Positions 18,143 to 26,691 of a stretch of DNA of 64,000 nucleotides are shown piece by piece; the first letter of the stretch is position 1; every line of letters starts with the position of its first letter. The translations under genes were made by a program, and so were the position numbers. The stretch is from Alphaproteobacteria bacterium (GTDB lineage: Bacteria; Pseudomonadota; Alphaproteobacteria; UBA7887), in NCBI GenBank assembly GCA_965216755.1, contig CBDCGL010000011.1, forward strand, positions 1,824,001 to 1,888,000, in the 5' to 3' direction. A model generated the notes under the pieces. It searched no databases, was not told the DNA's origin, and worked only from the letters and a program-made list of their open reading frames with translations.

Positions 18143-19237
18143 TCAGAAAACCGGAATTATGTCGGCCGGATCAAAAGCGACAGTCTCGCCGTCGATCCCG
18201 ATTTCAGGAATTGCTGGAAAAACAATGCCATACTTCTCAACTTCGCCTTTCAGCCGCAAAACCGCTTGGCGCCAGTTCTCTGCACGTTCCTCTAATGTCA
18301 ACAGCCCCAGGCCGGCATCGCGGGCACATGCTTCCAACAGCCGATGCGCCGGCAAGAACGTTTCCGGCAAATCCCAAAACTCGTCAGGCGGTTCATATAA
18401 AATTCCCGAAAGAAACACATAACCCGCTCGAATCTGTTTCGTAATAATTGCCTTGTTATCTATGTCTAAGTCAGGTAATATGTTACGTAACACTGTCAGA
18501 CATATTGCTAGGTGTCTCGCCTCATCTTTGCCAACGCAACGAAATGCTTCCTTGAGAACTGGTATAGTAGTACGCTCATTCATTGTATGAAAAAGATTAG
18601 CTGCAGCAATTTCTCCCATCAAAAAAGATGTGAACAATATCGCAAGTGGGTATTTGTGTACGCTGCCTTTGAATCCGTTCCAATAGCGAGCCCCGTTGTG
18701 GTAGTACCACTTGGCGTTATTCTGGGCCAAACGGCCAAGAGCGGTAGTGGGCGTGTGGCCGACCGGTCCGCCGGGGGTCAGAATTTGGATTGCACGTTGG
18801 CAGATTTCCTCGTGATTTACTTCATCGCGGGTGATCGAAAAGAAGCATTTGCGAATCGGATCCTCTTGATGGCTCTCATAGGTATGGATCATGGCCCGCG
18901 CAAATACCGCTGGCCCGGAACTATCAAACACTGACAAGAGCGCAAACCAATAGGCGATCGCGGCGCGTTGATCGGCCGAGAACGACTCGGGATCCAGACT
19001 GTCCCAAGGCAAGCGGTTCGGCGCCCAACCGGGATCACGCGCGCCGTCATAAATCTCAGCCAGTTTGGGCGTGTGCACGGGCCACTCGATCGGAAAGATG
19101 TTGTTGTCCGGGAAGGGCGGCGGCTCTTTCACACCGAACAGGATCTGTTCCGGCGACGGTGCCGTCGCGGCCCCGCTGGGCGGGCTGACCATGGCATCGG
19201 CCAGTTCCTCCGGGGACGTGTCGCGGAGATTCGTCAT
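18143..19237 (-). CDS. Ferritin-like di-iron (carboxylate) protein of unknown function
   Basis: Two DExxH motifs (DEVNH, DEARH) plus candidate D (VFDSS) and E (MGEIAA) ligands in four-helix-bundle spacing; start at MTNLRD after gagga. Confidence 0.7.
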   Translation of the reverse strand: MTNLRDTSPEELADAMVSPPSGAATAPSPEQILFGVKEPPPFPDNNIFPIEWPVHTPKLAEIYDGARDPGWAPNRLPWDSLDPESFSADQRAAIAYWFALLSVFDSSGPAVFARAMIHTYESHQEDPIRKCFFSITRDEVNHEEICQRAIQILTPGGPVGHTPTTALGRLAQNNAKWYYHNGARYWNGFKGSVHKYPLAILFTSFLMGEIAAANLFHTMNERTTIPVLKEAFRCVGKDEARHLAICLTVLRNILPDLDIDNKAIITKQIRAGYVFLSGILYEPPDEFWDLPETFLPAHRLLEACARDAGLGLLTLEERAENWRQAVLRLKGEVEKYGIVFPAIPEIGIDGETVAFDPADIIPVF

Positions 19238-19256
19238 GCCGTTCCTCTTGTCCCGC

Positions 19257-19988
19257 TCAACCACGGCCCACATAAAGTTGTTGGTGCGGTAAGACTATCG
19301 CCTTCAACATTTCCACGTTCGGTGGCAGCGTTGCCATCAGCAGCGCAACTTGGGCCAAGTCTTCCGTCGCGATCATCGGTTCCACATCTTGTGCACGTTC
19401 AGACTTTTGGCGCCTTTCCACCAAAATGTTGCCGGGGTCGAGGCAGCAACAGGTGATGCCGTGCTCACGTCCCTCCAACGCCGCGGCCTGGGTCAGCCCC
19501 CATATCCCATGTTTTGATGTTGCGTATGGCGCGCTGTCGGGGCGCACCCGCTGACCGGATATGGATCCGATATTTATGATCCGGCCGCCGCCTTGCGGTT
19601 TCATGATGCGAAAGGCGGCCCGTGTGCACAGGAATGGACCGCGTAAATTGGTCGCGAGCACGCGGTCCCATGCTTCCACCGACAATTCGTCCAACGGGCC
19701 ACCGTCGAAGGCACCGGCATTGTTAACGACAATGTCCAGCCGACCAAATCGGTCCTTGCAAGACTTGAACAACGCGTCGACTTGCTCAGGTGCGGTAACG
19801 TCGGTCGCCCGCGCAAAGGCTTCAGCGCCCAATTCTGTCATTTCATTGACGGCACCGTCCAATGTCTCTTGCCGTCGCGCTGCCAGCGCTAGATTCGCCC
19901 CCTCGCTTGCAAAGGCGCGCGCGATGCCCCGGCCGATGCCGCGGCTGGCGCCCGTCACGATCGCCACCTTGCCTTCCAATTTCGCCAT
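19257..19988 (-). CDS. SDR family oxidoreductase
   Basis: TGASRGIG, VNNAG, YATSK (YxxxK). Confidence 0.92.
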   Translation of the reverse strand: MAKLEGKVAIVTGASRGIGRGIARAFASEGANLALAARRQETLDGAVNEMTELGAEAFARATDVTAPEQVDALFKSCKDRFGRLDIVVNNAGAFDGGPLDELSVEAWDRVLATNLRGPFLCTRAAFRIMKPQGGGRIINIGSISGQRVRPDSAPYATSKHGIWGLTQAAALEGREHGITCCCLDPGNILVERRQKSERAQDVEPMIATEDLAQVALLMATLPPNVEMLKAIVLPHQQLYVGRG

Positions 19989-20102
19989 TTCCATGCCCCC
20001 GAGAATTACGGCCAGCGAGCGCCCCCAAAGAGTCGTTTCGGTTTCGCTGACAACGCAAACACCGTATAGAGAGGGCGGTTTCGACACAAGACGAGGCCCG
20101 CA

Positions 20103-21296
20103 ATGTCACAAGCTGCCGGCAGCCAAGCCCTTTCGCGATTTCACGTACTTGATCTCACGCGCGTGCGCGCCGGGCCCACGGCCGTGCGGCAATTGGCAGA
20201 TTGGGGCGCCAACGTCATCAAGATTGAACAACCGCCGAAACCCGGCGAAGGCGACGGCATGGGCGGCCCACGCCATGGCCCGGATTTTCAAAACCTGCAC
20301 CGGAACAAGCGCGGCATCACGCTGAACCTAAAGGATTTGCGCGGCCTGGACGTATTCAAGCGCTTGGTCAAAAACGCCGACGTGGTCGTCGAGAACTACC
20401 GCCCGGCCGTCAAGGACCGGCTGGGCGTCGACTACGAATCGCTGCGCGCCATCAATCCACACCTGGTCTACGCGAGCATCTCTGGATTTGGCCAAGACGG
20501 ACCGTATCGAGACCGGCCGGGTTTCGATCAGATTGCGCAGGGTATGGGCGGGCTGATGTCGATTACCGGCTTGCCCGGGCAGGGTCCCGTTCGCGCCGGG
20601 GTGCCGATTGCCGACCTGTCGGCAGGTTTGTATGCCGCGATCGGTATTCTGGTCGCACTGCTCGAACGCGAGGTCTCAGGTAAAGGCCAGTGGGTGCAGT
20701 CCTCGCTTTTGCAGGCCCAGATCGCCATGCTCGACTTTCAAGCGGCGCGTTGGTTAATGAAAGCCGAAGTCCCGGGCCAGGCCGGCAACAATCACCCGAC
20801 AAGTATCCCGACCGGCGTTTTTGCGACCAAGGACGGACATATCAATATCGCCGCCTCGGGCAATGAGATCTTTGGCCGATTGTGCCGCACCATTGGCCGT
20901 CCCGAGCTGATCGAACATGCGGATTACGTCGACGATGCCGGTCGCTCCGAGAATCGCGACGCACTGAATGCCGCGCTTGAAGAGACGACCCGCACACGCA
21001 CGACTGAGGACTGGGTCACCACGCTCAACGCCGCCGGCGTCCCGTGCGGGCCGATCAATGCAATCGACCAGGTCTTCGCCGATCCCCAGGTCAAGCATCT
21101 CAACATGGCGCCCGCCGTCGACCATCCCGTTCTAGGCAATATTCAGCTGGTTGGCCAAGCTGCAATGCTCAGCCGAACACCGTCGCAACTGCGTGCGCCG
21201 ACGCCTGAGCGCGGCCAACACACCGACCAAGTCTTGGCAGAGTTAGGGCTGGAAGCCGATCAAATCGCCACTTTGCGCGCCGACGGCATCATCTAG
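20103..21296 (+). CDS. CaiB/BaiF family III CoA-transferase
   Basis: VLDLTRVRAGP, GANVIKIE, NKRGITLNLK, ENYRP, ISGFGQDGP, DLSAG. Confidence 0.93.
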   Translation: MSQAAGSQALSRFHVLDLTRVRAGPTAVRQLADWGANVIKIEQPPKPGEGDGMGGPRHGPDFQNLHRNKRGITLNLKDLRGLDVFKRLVKNADVVVENYRPAVKDRLGVDYESLRAINPHLVYASISGFGQDGPYRDRPGFDQIAQGMGGLMSITGLPGQGPVRAGVPIADLSAGLYAAIGILVALLEREVSGKGQWVQSSLLQAQIAMLDFQAARWLMKAEVPGQAGNNHPTSIPTGVFATKDGHINIAASGNEIFGRLCRTIGRPELIEHADYVDDAGRSENRDALNAALEETTRTRTTEDWVTTLNAAGVPCGPINAIDQVFADPQVKHLNMAPAVDHPVLGNIQLVGQAAMLSRTPSQLRAPTPERGQHTDQVLAELGLEADQIATLRADGII

Positions 21297-21310
21297 CGAT
21301 GATTCTATGT

Positions 21311-21405
21311 TATTTCGGTGACAGTTTACTAAATACACAATATGTTGTAGGTTGGAAATTCCACTACCCAATATATAGTGTATTTAGTAAACTGTCACCG
21401 AAATA
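21311..21405. repeat. 95-bp element with perfect 28-bp terminal inverted repeats (MITE/REPIN-like)
   Basis: tatttcggtgacagtttactaaatacac (21311-21338) is the exact reverse complement of 21378-21405; AT-rich; outermost bases are TA at both ends. Confidence 0.8.
21335..21381. promoter_or_regulatory. Tandem NrdR-box-like motifs
   Basis: acacaatatgttgtag (21335-21350) and acccaatatatagtgt (21366-21381) fit acaCwAtATaTwGtgt; starts are 31 bp apart. Confidence 0.65.
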
Positions 21406-21510
21406 CAGCGTGAGCACCGCGCCGTACATTTGAGACGCGGTCATAATTTGAGTGGACGGCGCGACCCGCGCACGTTGATCTGTGCCGCAGATGCACACAG
21501 TTTCACTGTT

Positions 21511-22332
21511 ATGACCTCAACCTGCGATGATCAGCACGTCGCGTTGCGGCTGATGACATACAACGTGCATAGCTGCATCGGCGTCGATCTCCAACTTTGG
21601 CCAGCGCGAGTCGCTGACGTGATCCGGGCGCATCAACCCGATATCGTCGCCTTGCAGGAAGTCGATGTTGGACGGACCCGCACAGGCGCGGTCGATCAGG
21701 CTGCGATGATCGCCGCGCACCTCGATATGTCTCATGAGTTTTTTCCAGCCATTGATGGCGGTGACGGCCAATATGGTGATGCCATCCTCAGCAAGCATCC
21801 CATGGAATTGGTGAAAGCAGCCCGGCTGCCGGGCCTCGACCACAACTCGGATATCGAACCGCGCGGCGCTCTGTTGGTGCGCGTGAATGTTGGTGATCTC
21901 GCACTCAATGTGGTCAACACGCATTTGGGGCTGAGCGCCAAGGAGCGTATGCGCCAAGCGGACGCTCTGCTGGGGCCAGATTGGCTTGGTGGTCCGCACC
22001 GCCACGGGCCTCATATTCTGTGCGGCGACTTCAATGCCGTGCCCAATTCAGCGGTGTTTCGCCGCCTGACGCGGGCGTTACGCGATGCCCAAGCCGCCGC
22101 CCAGGGTCGCCGGCCGTACCGGACATGGCCCAGCCGTTTCCCCATCTTTCGCCTGGACCATATTTTGGTCAGCAACGAAATCGCAGTGGGCAGCGTGACC
22201 GTGGCACGCGATCGAGTCAGTCGCAAGGCGTCCGACCACCTGCCCGTGATTGCCTACATTTCCGTGCCTGTTGCGGCCGAATCAATTGCCGACATCGAAC
22301 GCGGACACAACGCCCACGCCATGGCGTCATAG
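21511..22332 (+). CDS. Endonuclease/exonuclease/phosphatase (EEP) family protein
   Basis: MTYNVH, DIVALQEVD, NTHLGL, GDFN, LDHI, SDHLP. Confidence 0.9.
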   Translation: MTSTCDDQHVALRLMTYNVHSCIGVDLQLWPARVADVIRAHQPDIVALQEVDVGRTRTGAVDQAAMIAAHLDMSHEFFPAIDGGDGQYGDAILSKHPMELVKAARLPGLDHNSDIEPRGALLVRVNVGDLALNVVNTHLGLSAKERMRQADALLGPDWLGGPHRHGPHILCGDFNAVPNSAVFRRLTRALRDAQAAAQGRRPYRTWPSRFPIFRLDHILVSNEIAVGSVTVARDRVSRKASDHLPVIAYISVPVAAESIADIERGHNAHAMAS

Positions 22333-23352
22333 CCGGTGCAGATCCTTTTCGGCATCGAACGCGGCTTGCGCTTCGTCAAGCAACTCGTCCTCACGACCTT
22401 CATAACGCGCCGAAAGATGAAACGGCTCCAAACGCCGGACGCCGGCTCGCGCAGCCAACACGCCCGCCTGACGCGCCGTCAAGTGGAAACGATCCCGTCC
22501 CAAATCAGCGTCTTCCTCTAGAAACGCGGTTTCGATGAATAGCGTATCGGCATCGCGGACCAAGTCGATAATCCGTTCGGCGTTTCGTGGGTTGTAGGCG
22601 GAGTCAACGACATAGCCGATTTTTTGGCCAGCGGTCACATGCACCACGTCTTGGCGCAACTGACCTAAGGCGAGCGTGGCGGCGCCCGGCCGCCCGGGTT
22701 GCCTTGCAACCGTGATCGGCGTGTCATCGGGCCGGTCGGCGGCCAAGGCGCTTTTCAGCTCGGAAAGCCACGGCCCGACCACCAAGCCGATTTCTTCCAA
22801 TCGATTGCGGTGCACATTCACATGGGCCTTCTCGGTGACGGCATAGGCCAGACACGGAATCCGATGATCTAAGACCGCCGCGTGCACCGCCACCATATCG
22901 TCGGCAAAGACACAACCATCTTTAAGCGCAATCGTCCCGCGATCATGGGCGGTAAAACCATCGGTCAAATGAAACTCGGTCAGTTGCCCTTGCGCCCCGC
23001 TCAACGCTTCTAACACTTCAAATACGATCTCGGTGCTATAGCGGCCGACCAAATTCCAGCTGTAGCCGCCCAGCTTACTCGTAACATGCTGCGTGATACC
23101 TGCTGGTCCGCATAGGCGGATCGTCTTTTCGCGCCCGAGCCATACGCGCAAGCACAAATCGAATCCGATAAAATGGTCAATGTGGGCGTGGGATACAAAA
23201 ATGGCGTCAAGGCGATGGATCTTGCGGGGCGCCAGAATATGCAGGTCGCCAAGGTCGAAAAGAAGTGCGCGCCGCTGAAACTGCACGTCCACATACAACG
23301 CCGGATCGCCCGTGCGGCCATTGATCAGGGCCGGATGCAGCAACGGCGTCAT
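22327..23352 (-). CDS. Ribonuclease Z-like MBL-fold metallohydrolase
   Basis: NGRTGDP, FDLGD, SHAHIDHFIG (HxHxDH), LDHRIPCLAY, HLTARQAG, PFHLSARY. Confidence 0.85.
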   Translation of the reverse strand: MTPLLHPALINGRTGDPALYVDVQFQRRALLFDLGDLHILAPRKIHRLDAIFVSHAHIDHFIGFDLCLRVWLGREKTIRLCGPAGITQHVTSKLGGYSWNLVGRYSTEIVFEVLEALSGAQGQLTEFHLTDGFTAHDRGTIALKDGCVFADDMVAVHAAVLDHRIPCLAYAVTEKAHVNVHRNRLEEIGLVVGPWLSELKSALAADRPDDTPITVARQPGRPGAATLALGQLRQDVVHVTAGQKIGYVVDSAYNPRNAERIIDLVRDADTLFIETAFLEEDADLGRDRFHLTARQAGVLAARAGVRRLEPFHLSARYEGREDELLDEAQAAFDAEKDLHRL

Positions 23353-23418
23353 CGTATCGCCAACACAAGAGAACCGGCGATCCACCGGTTCTGCGGGTAA
23401 CCAAGCAGGGTCGGGATC

Positions 23419-24240
23419 ATGTCGGACGAGGCCTGTATTCGTTTCCTACAATGGTGTTTGCCGCAATTGGGATTCCGGTGGCCAGGATATCGCAAAGTCC
23501 GCGGAACGGTCTGCAAGCGACTCAAGCGACGGCTGTGCGCGCTTGAACTGCCAGATTTTGACGGATACCGGGTCTGGATCAATGAACACCCTGACGAATG
23601 GGCTGTGATCGACCAAATGTTCCGTATTCAGATCTCACGATTCTACCGAAACCGCCGCATCTTCGCGACGATCGGATCGGTTGTCTTGCCAAAAATCGCA
23701 CGCGCGGCGATGGATCAACAGCGGCAAACAGTCACATTTTGGAGCGCTGGTTGCGCCTCGGGCGAAGAGCCTTACAGCGTGATCCTCTCATGGCATTTCT
23801 GCGTCCGACACGCCTTTCCCGACATGCGTCTCGAAATCATTGCCACCGATGCGGAGGTCAAGGTCTTGGAACGTGCCCGACGCGGCTGCTTTAGCGACGG
23901 ATCGCTTCGCGAATTGCCAAGCGCTTGGCGCGACGCCGCATTTGTGCGCCGCCGCAACCAGCTTTGTTTGAAACCACAGTTTCGGCGCAATGTGCGGTTT
24001 CGGCGCCAGGATCTGCGCTACCGAATGCCGGCAGGACCATTCGATCTGGTCATGTGCCGCAACCTGGCCTTCACATACTTCGATGCCACTCTACGTGGGG
24101 CGGTCGCGGCGGCAATGGTCGGGCGATTGCGCATCGGCGGCTTTCTGGTGGTCGGCGCGCATGAGAGCGTGCCGCAACAGGCCCTAGGGCTTCGTCGTCT
24201 TGATGACTGCCGCGAGGTTTATGCTCGGCTAAAACGCTAA
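23419..24240 (+). CDS. CheR-family SAM-dependent methyltransferase (stand-alone)
   Basis: ISRFYR, WSAGCASGEEPYS, IIATD, FDLVMCRNL..YF, LVVGAHE. Confidence 0.88.
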   Translation: MSDEACIRFLQWCLPQLGFRWPGYRKVRGTVCKRLKRRLCALELPDFDGYRVWINEHPDEWAVIDQMFRIQISRFYRNRRIFATIGSVVLPKIARAAMDQQRQTVTFWSAGCASGEEPYSVILSWHFCVRHAFPDMRLEIIATDAEVKVLERARRGCFSDGSLRELPSAWRDAAFVRRRNQLCLKPQFRRNVRFRRQDLRYRMPAGPFDLVMCRNLAFTYFDATLRGAVAAAMVGRLRIGGFLVVGAHESVPQQALGLRRLDDCREVYARLKR

Positions 24241-24258
24241 CCGGCCAGAATTGGTGGG

Positions 24259-25143
24259 CTAAGCGGCGATTTGGCTAGGTATGCGTATCCTGCGTGCCTC
24301 GCGGCACATGGCAGTTTGGACTTTTTCAAATGCGCGTTGTTCGATCTGCCGCACGCGCTCGCGGCTGATTCCGTATCGCTCACTGAGCACTTGTAATGTT
24401 AGCGGTTCTTCGTTCAGGCGGCGCTCATTCAAGATATCGCGCTCGCGTTCATTGAGCGTATCCATGGCAGTGGCCAAGCTTTGCCGCCGCCGATTGAGTT
24501 CTTGTTGGGCACCGACAATTTTCTCTGGACTGTCCGACTCGTCGGCCAGCAATTCGACCCATTCCACGCCCGTCCCGTCGTCGCCCAACACGATATTCAG
24601 CGATGAATCCGAGGCCGCCAAACGGCGATTCATCGTCACCACCGCATCCTCGGGCACGTCAAGTCGTCGCGCGATTTCGGCGACGGTTTCGGGCGCCAAA
24701 TCGCCCTCCTCCAACGCCTGCAAATCCGCCTTGAGCCGCCGCAAATTAAAGAAAAGAGTCTTCTGCGCCGAGGTCGTCCCAAGCTTGACCAGCGACCAGT
24801 TGTTCAGAACGTACTGTTGGATCGAGGCGCGAATCCACCACATGGCATAGGTGGCCAACCGGAAACCGCGATCCGGGTCAAACTTGTGCAGAGCCTGCAT
24901 GAGACCGACATGGCCTTCGGATATCAAATCGCTGAGCGGCAAGCCGTAGCCGCCATAGCCCTTGGCGATCTTTACCACCAAACGCAGGTGACTGCCCATT
25001 AACGCGTCCAAGGCGGTGCGATCAGCCGAATCGCGCCAACGGCGACCAAGCTCACGCTCTTTCTCAACGGTTAAATACGGGTATTTGGCAACCTCTTCGA
25101 GATAAGTGCCGAGACTGTCCATACGCGCGTTGTCCAAAGTCAA
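24259..25143 (-). CDS. rpoH: RNA polymerase sigma-32 factor
   Basis: SHLRLVVKIA, FDPDRGFRLATYAMWWIRA, RpoH box QKTLFFNLR, ISRERVRQIE; ggagg RBS + TTG start. Confidence 0.92.
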   Translation of the reverse strand: MTLDNARMDSLGTYLEEVAKYPYLTVEKERELGRRWRDSADRTALDALMGSHLRLVVKIAKGYGGYGLPLSDLISEGHVGLMQALHKFDPDRGFRLATYAMWWIRASIQQYVLNNWSLVKLGTTSAQKTLFFNLRRLKADLQALEEGDLAPETVAEIARRLDVPEDAVVTMNRRLAASDSSLNIVLGDDGTGVEWVELLADESDSPEKIVGAQQELNRRRQSLATAMDTLNERERDILNERRLNEEPLTLQVLSERYGISRERVRQIEQRAFEKVQTAMCREARRIRIPSQIAA

Positions 25144-25340
25144 TCGTCCTCCAATTCCCTTTCCACGGTTTGGGCCGCACCGAGCGACATCGGTCGCCCT
25201 CTGTTTGCGGATCTCTCTTTCTAGTTCCTATTACGCGCCGAAACACCACATCGGATGACGTCCGGCTTGCACTTCCGGAACACGATGACGAGAGCGAGAT
25301 CCAATTTTTGTGCAGTATTTGGCCCTGTTCGCCCCTTTAC

Positions 25341-25367
25341 GTGGGGAACATATGCGGAACTTTCAAG
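25341..25367 (-). promoter_or_regulatory. Sigma32-type promoter upstream of rpoH, with GTTC-N7-GTTC in the spacer
   Basis: Minus strand CTTGAA-N15-CCCCAC, close to CTTGAA-N13-15-CCCCAT; plus strand GAAC-atatgcg-GAAC at 25346-25360. Confidence 0.55.
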
Positions 25368-25453
25368 GGATGCAACGCCCTATGGTTGTGTTCAGTGCGG
25401 GAAATATCCATTAAGCAATTGAAACATAACAAATTATGATAAAAGGCGGCAAA

Positions 25454-26683
25454 CTATGCTGAACTGCGCGGTTCAACTGCGACGCCGTCGACCACAAGGT
25501 CACTGGGATAAATCACAACCACATCGCCAGCCGCCAAGCCGCCATTGACTTCTGCCTCCACACCGCTGCGGTGGCCAATTTCGACAATCTGGCTGCGTGC
25601 GCGACCGTCTTGGACAACAAATACGGCCCAGCGATCGCCCAACCGAAACAGCGCGCTGACCGGCACTTTGAGGACGTTGTCAGCTTGCCAAACAATTATG
25701 CGGGCGGTGACCCGATAGCCATGTCCGAGCGGCCGCCAAACCTCCGGCGGATCGGTGAAATCGACGATCACATTGACCCTTTGTTCTTCGACACCGAGCG
25801 CGGACACTTTGGTGAACCCATAGGGCTCGACACGCGCGATCTCGCCGGTCAGCGCCGCCGTCCCGCCCCAGTCGTCGATGAGCACGGGCGCGTCGGGCGC
25901 CACTTGAACCGCGTCGCTGGACAGCAGCTCGGCAACAATTTGTAGGTCTTGCGGATCCCCGATTTCTACCAATGGGGTGCCGGCGCCGACCACGGCCTCG
26001 CTTTCGTGAAACACCCGCAAGACCCGACCATCGACGGGCGCGGTCACTGGCACGCAGCAATTCTCCGCGTTGTCCGCGTTGTCACTTGTTGAGTCTGGCG
26101 TGCCGGGGTCGATCAGCGCGGCGCGCGCCGTCTCCAATTCGAAACGCTGCATGGCAACGGCCGCTACTGTCGTTTCCAATGCGGCCCCGCGCGATTTGGC
26201 GTCGAGCACAGCACGATCAAGCGCGGCTTTGCTGATCGCTTCACGCGCCACCAAAGATTCGGCGCGACGCAATTCAGACTGTGCGTAGCTCAGCTCAGCT
26301 TGCGCCCGTTCACGATCAGCCTCGGCCAAGGTCAGCGCGGCTTCGGCGGCCTTGACCGCCGCCTCGCGCTCGCGCCGACTGCGGATGTCTAGGAACGCCG
26401 GCGCCGTGGGTTCGATCATGGCAATCACGGTTTCGCCGGCGGAAACGAAATCGCCGGCTTCGACATCGGTGCGAAGCGCGCGACCGGCCAGTGGCGATGA
26501 CACCACATAGACATCCTTGACCCGCGTCCGGCCTTCTTCGTCGATCGTCACACGCAATGGTCCGTGCACCACAGACGCGATGTCGACCGGCACGGGTTGC
26601 GGCATGAAGGCGAATACCAAGCCAGCCACGACCACGGCCAAAACAACTCCAATCCCCAGGGCGCGCCGCCACGAACCAATCAT
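25454..26683 (-). CDS. HlyD/efflux periplasmic adaptor subunit
   Basis: N-terminal TM, EEGRTRV, coiled-coil hairpin, APVDGRVL, FTKVSALGVEEQRV. Confidence 0.9.
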   Translation of the reverse strand: MIGSWRRALGIGVVLAVVVAGLVFAFMPQPVPVDIASVVHGPLRVTIDEEGRTRVKDVYVVSSPLAGRALRTDVEAGDFVSAGETVIAMIEPTAPAFLDIRSRREREAAVKAAEAALTLAEADRERAQAELSYAQSELRRAESLVAREAISKAALDRAVLDAKSRGAALETTVAAVAMQRFELETARAALIDPGTPDSTSDNADNAENCCVPVTAPVDGRVLRVFHESEAVVGAGTPLVEIGDPQDLQIVAELLSSDAVQVAPDAPVLIDDWGGTAALTGEIARVEPYGFTKVSALGVEEQRVNVIVDFTDPPEVWRPLGHGYRVTARIIVWQADNVLKVPVSALFRLGDRWAVFVVQDGRARSQIVEIGHRSGVEAEVNGGLAAGDVVVIYPSDLVVDGVAVEPRSSA

Positions 26684-26691
26684 CGTTCGTC

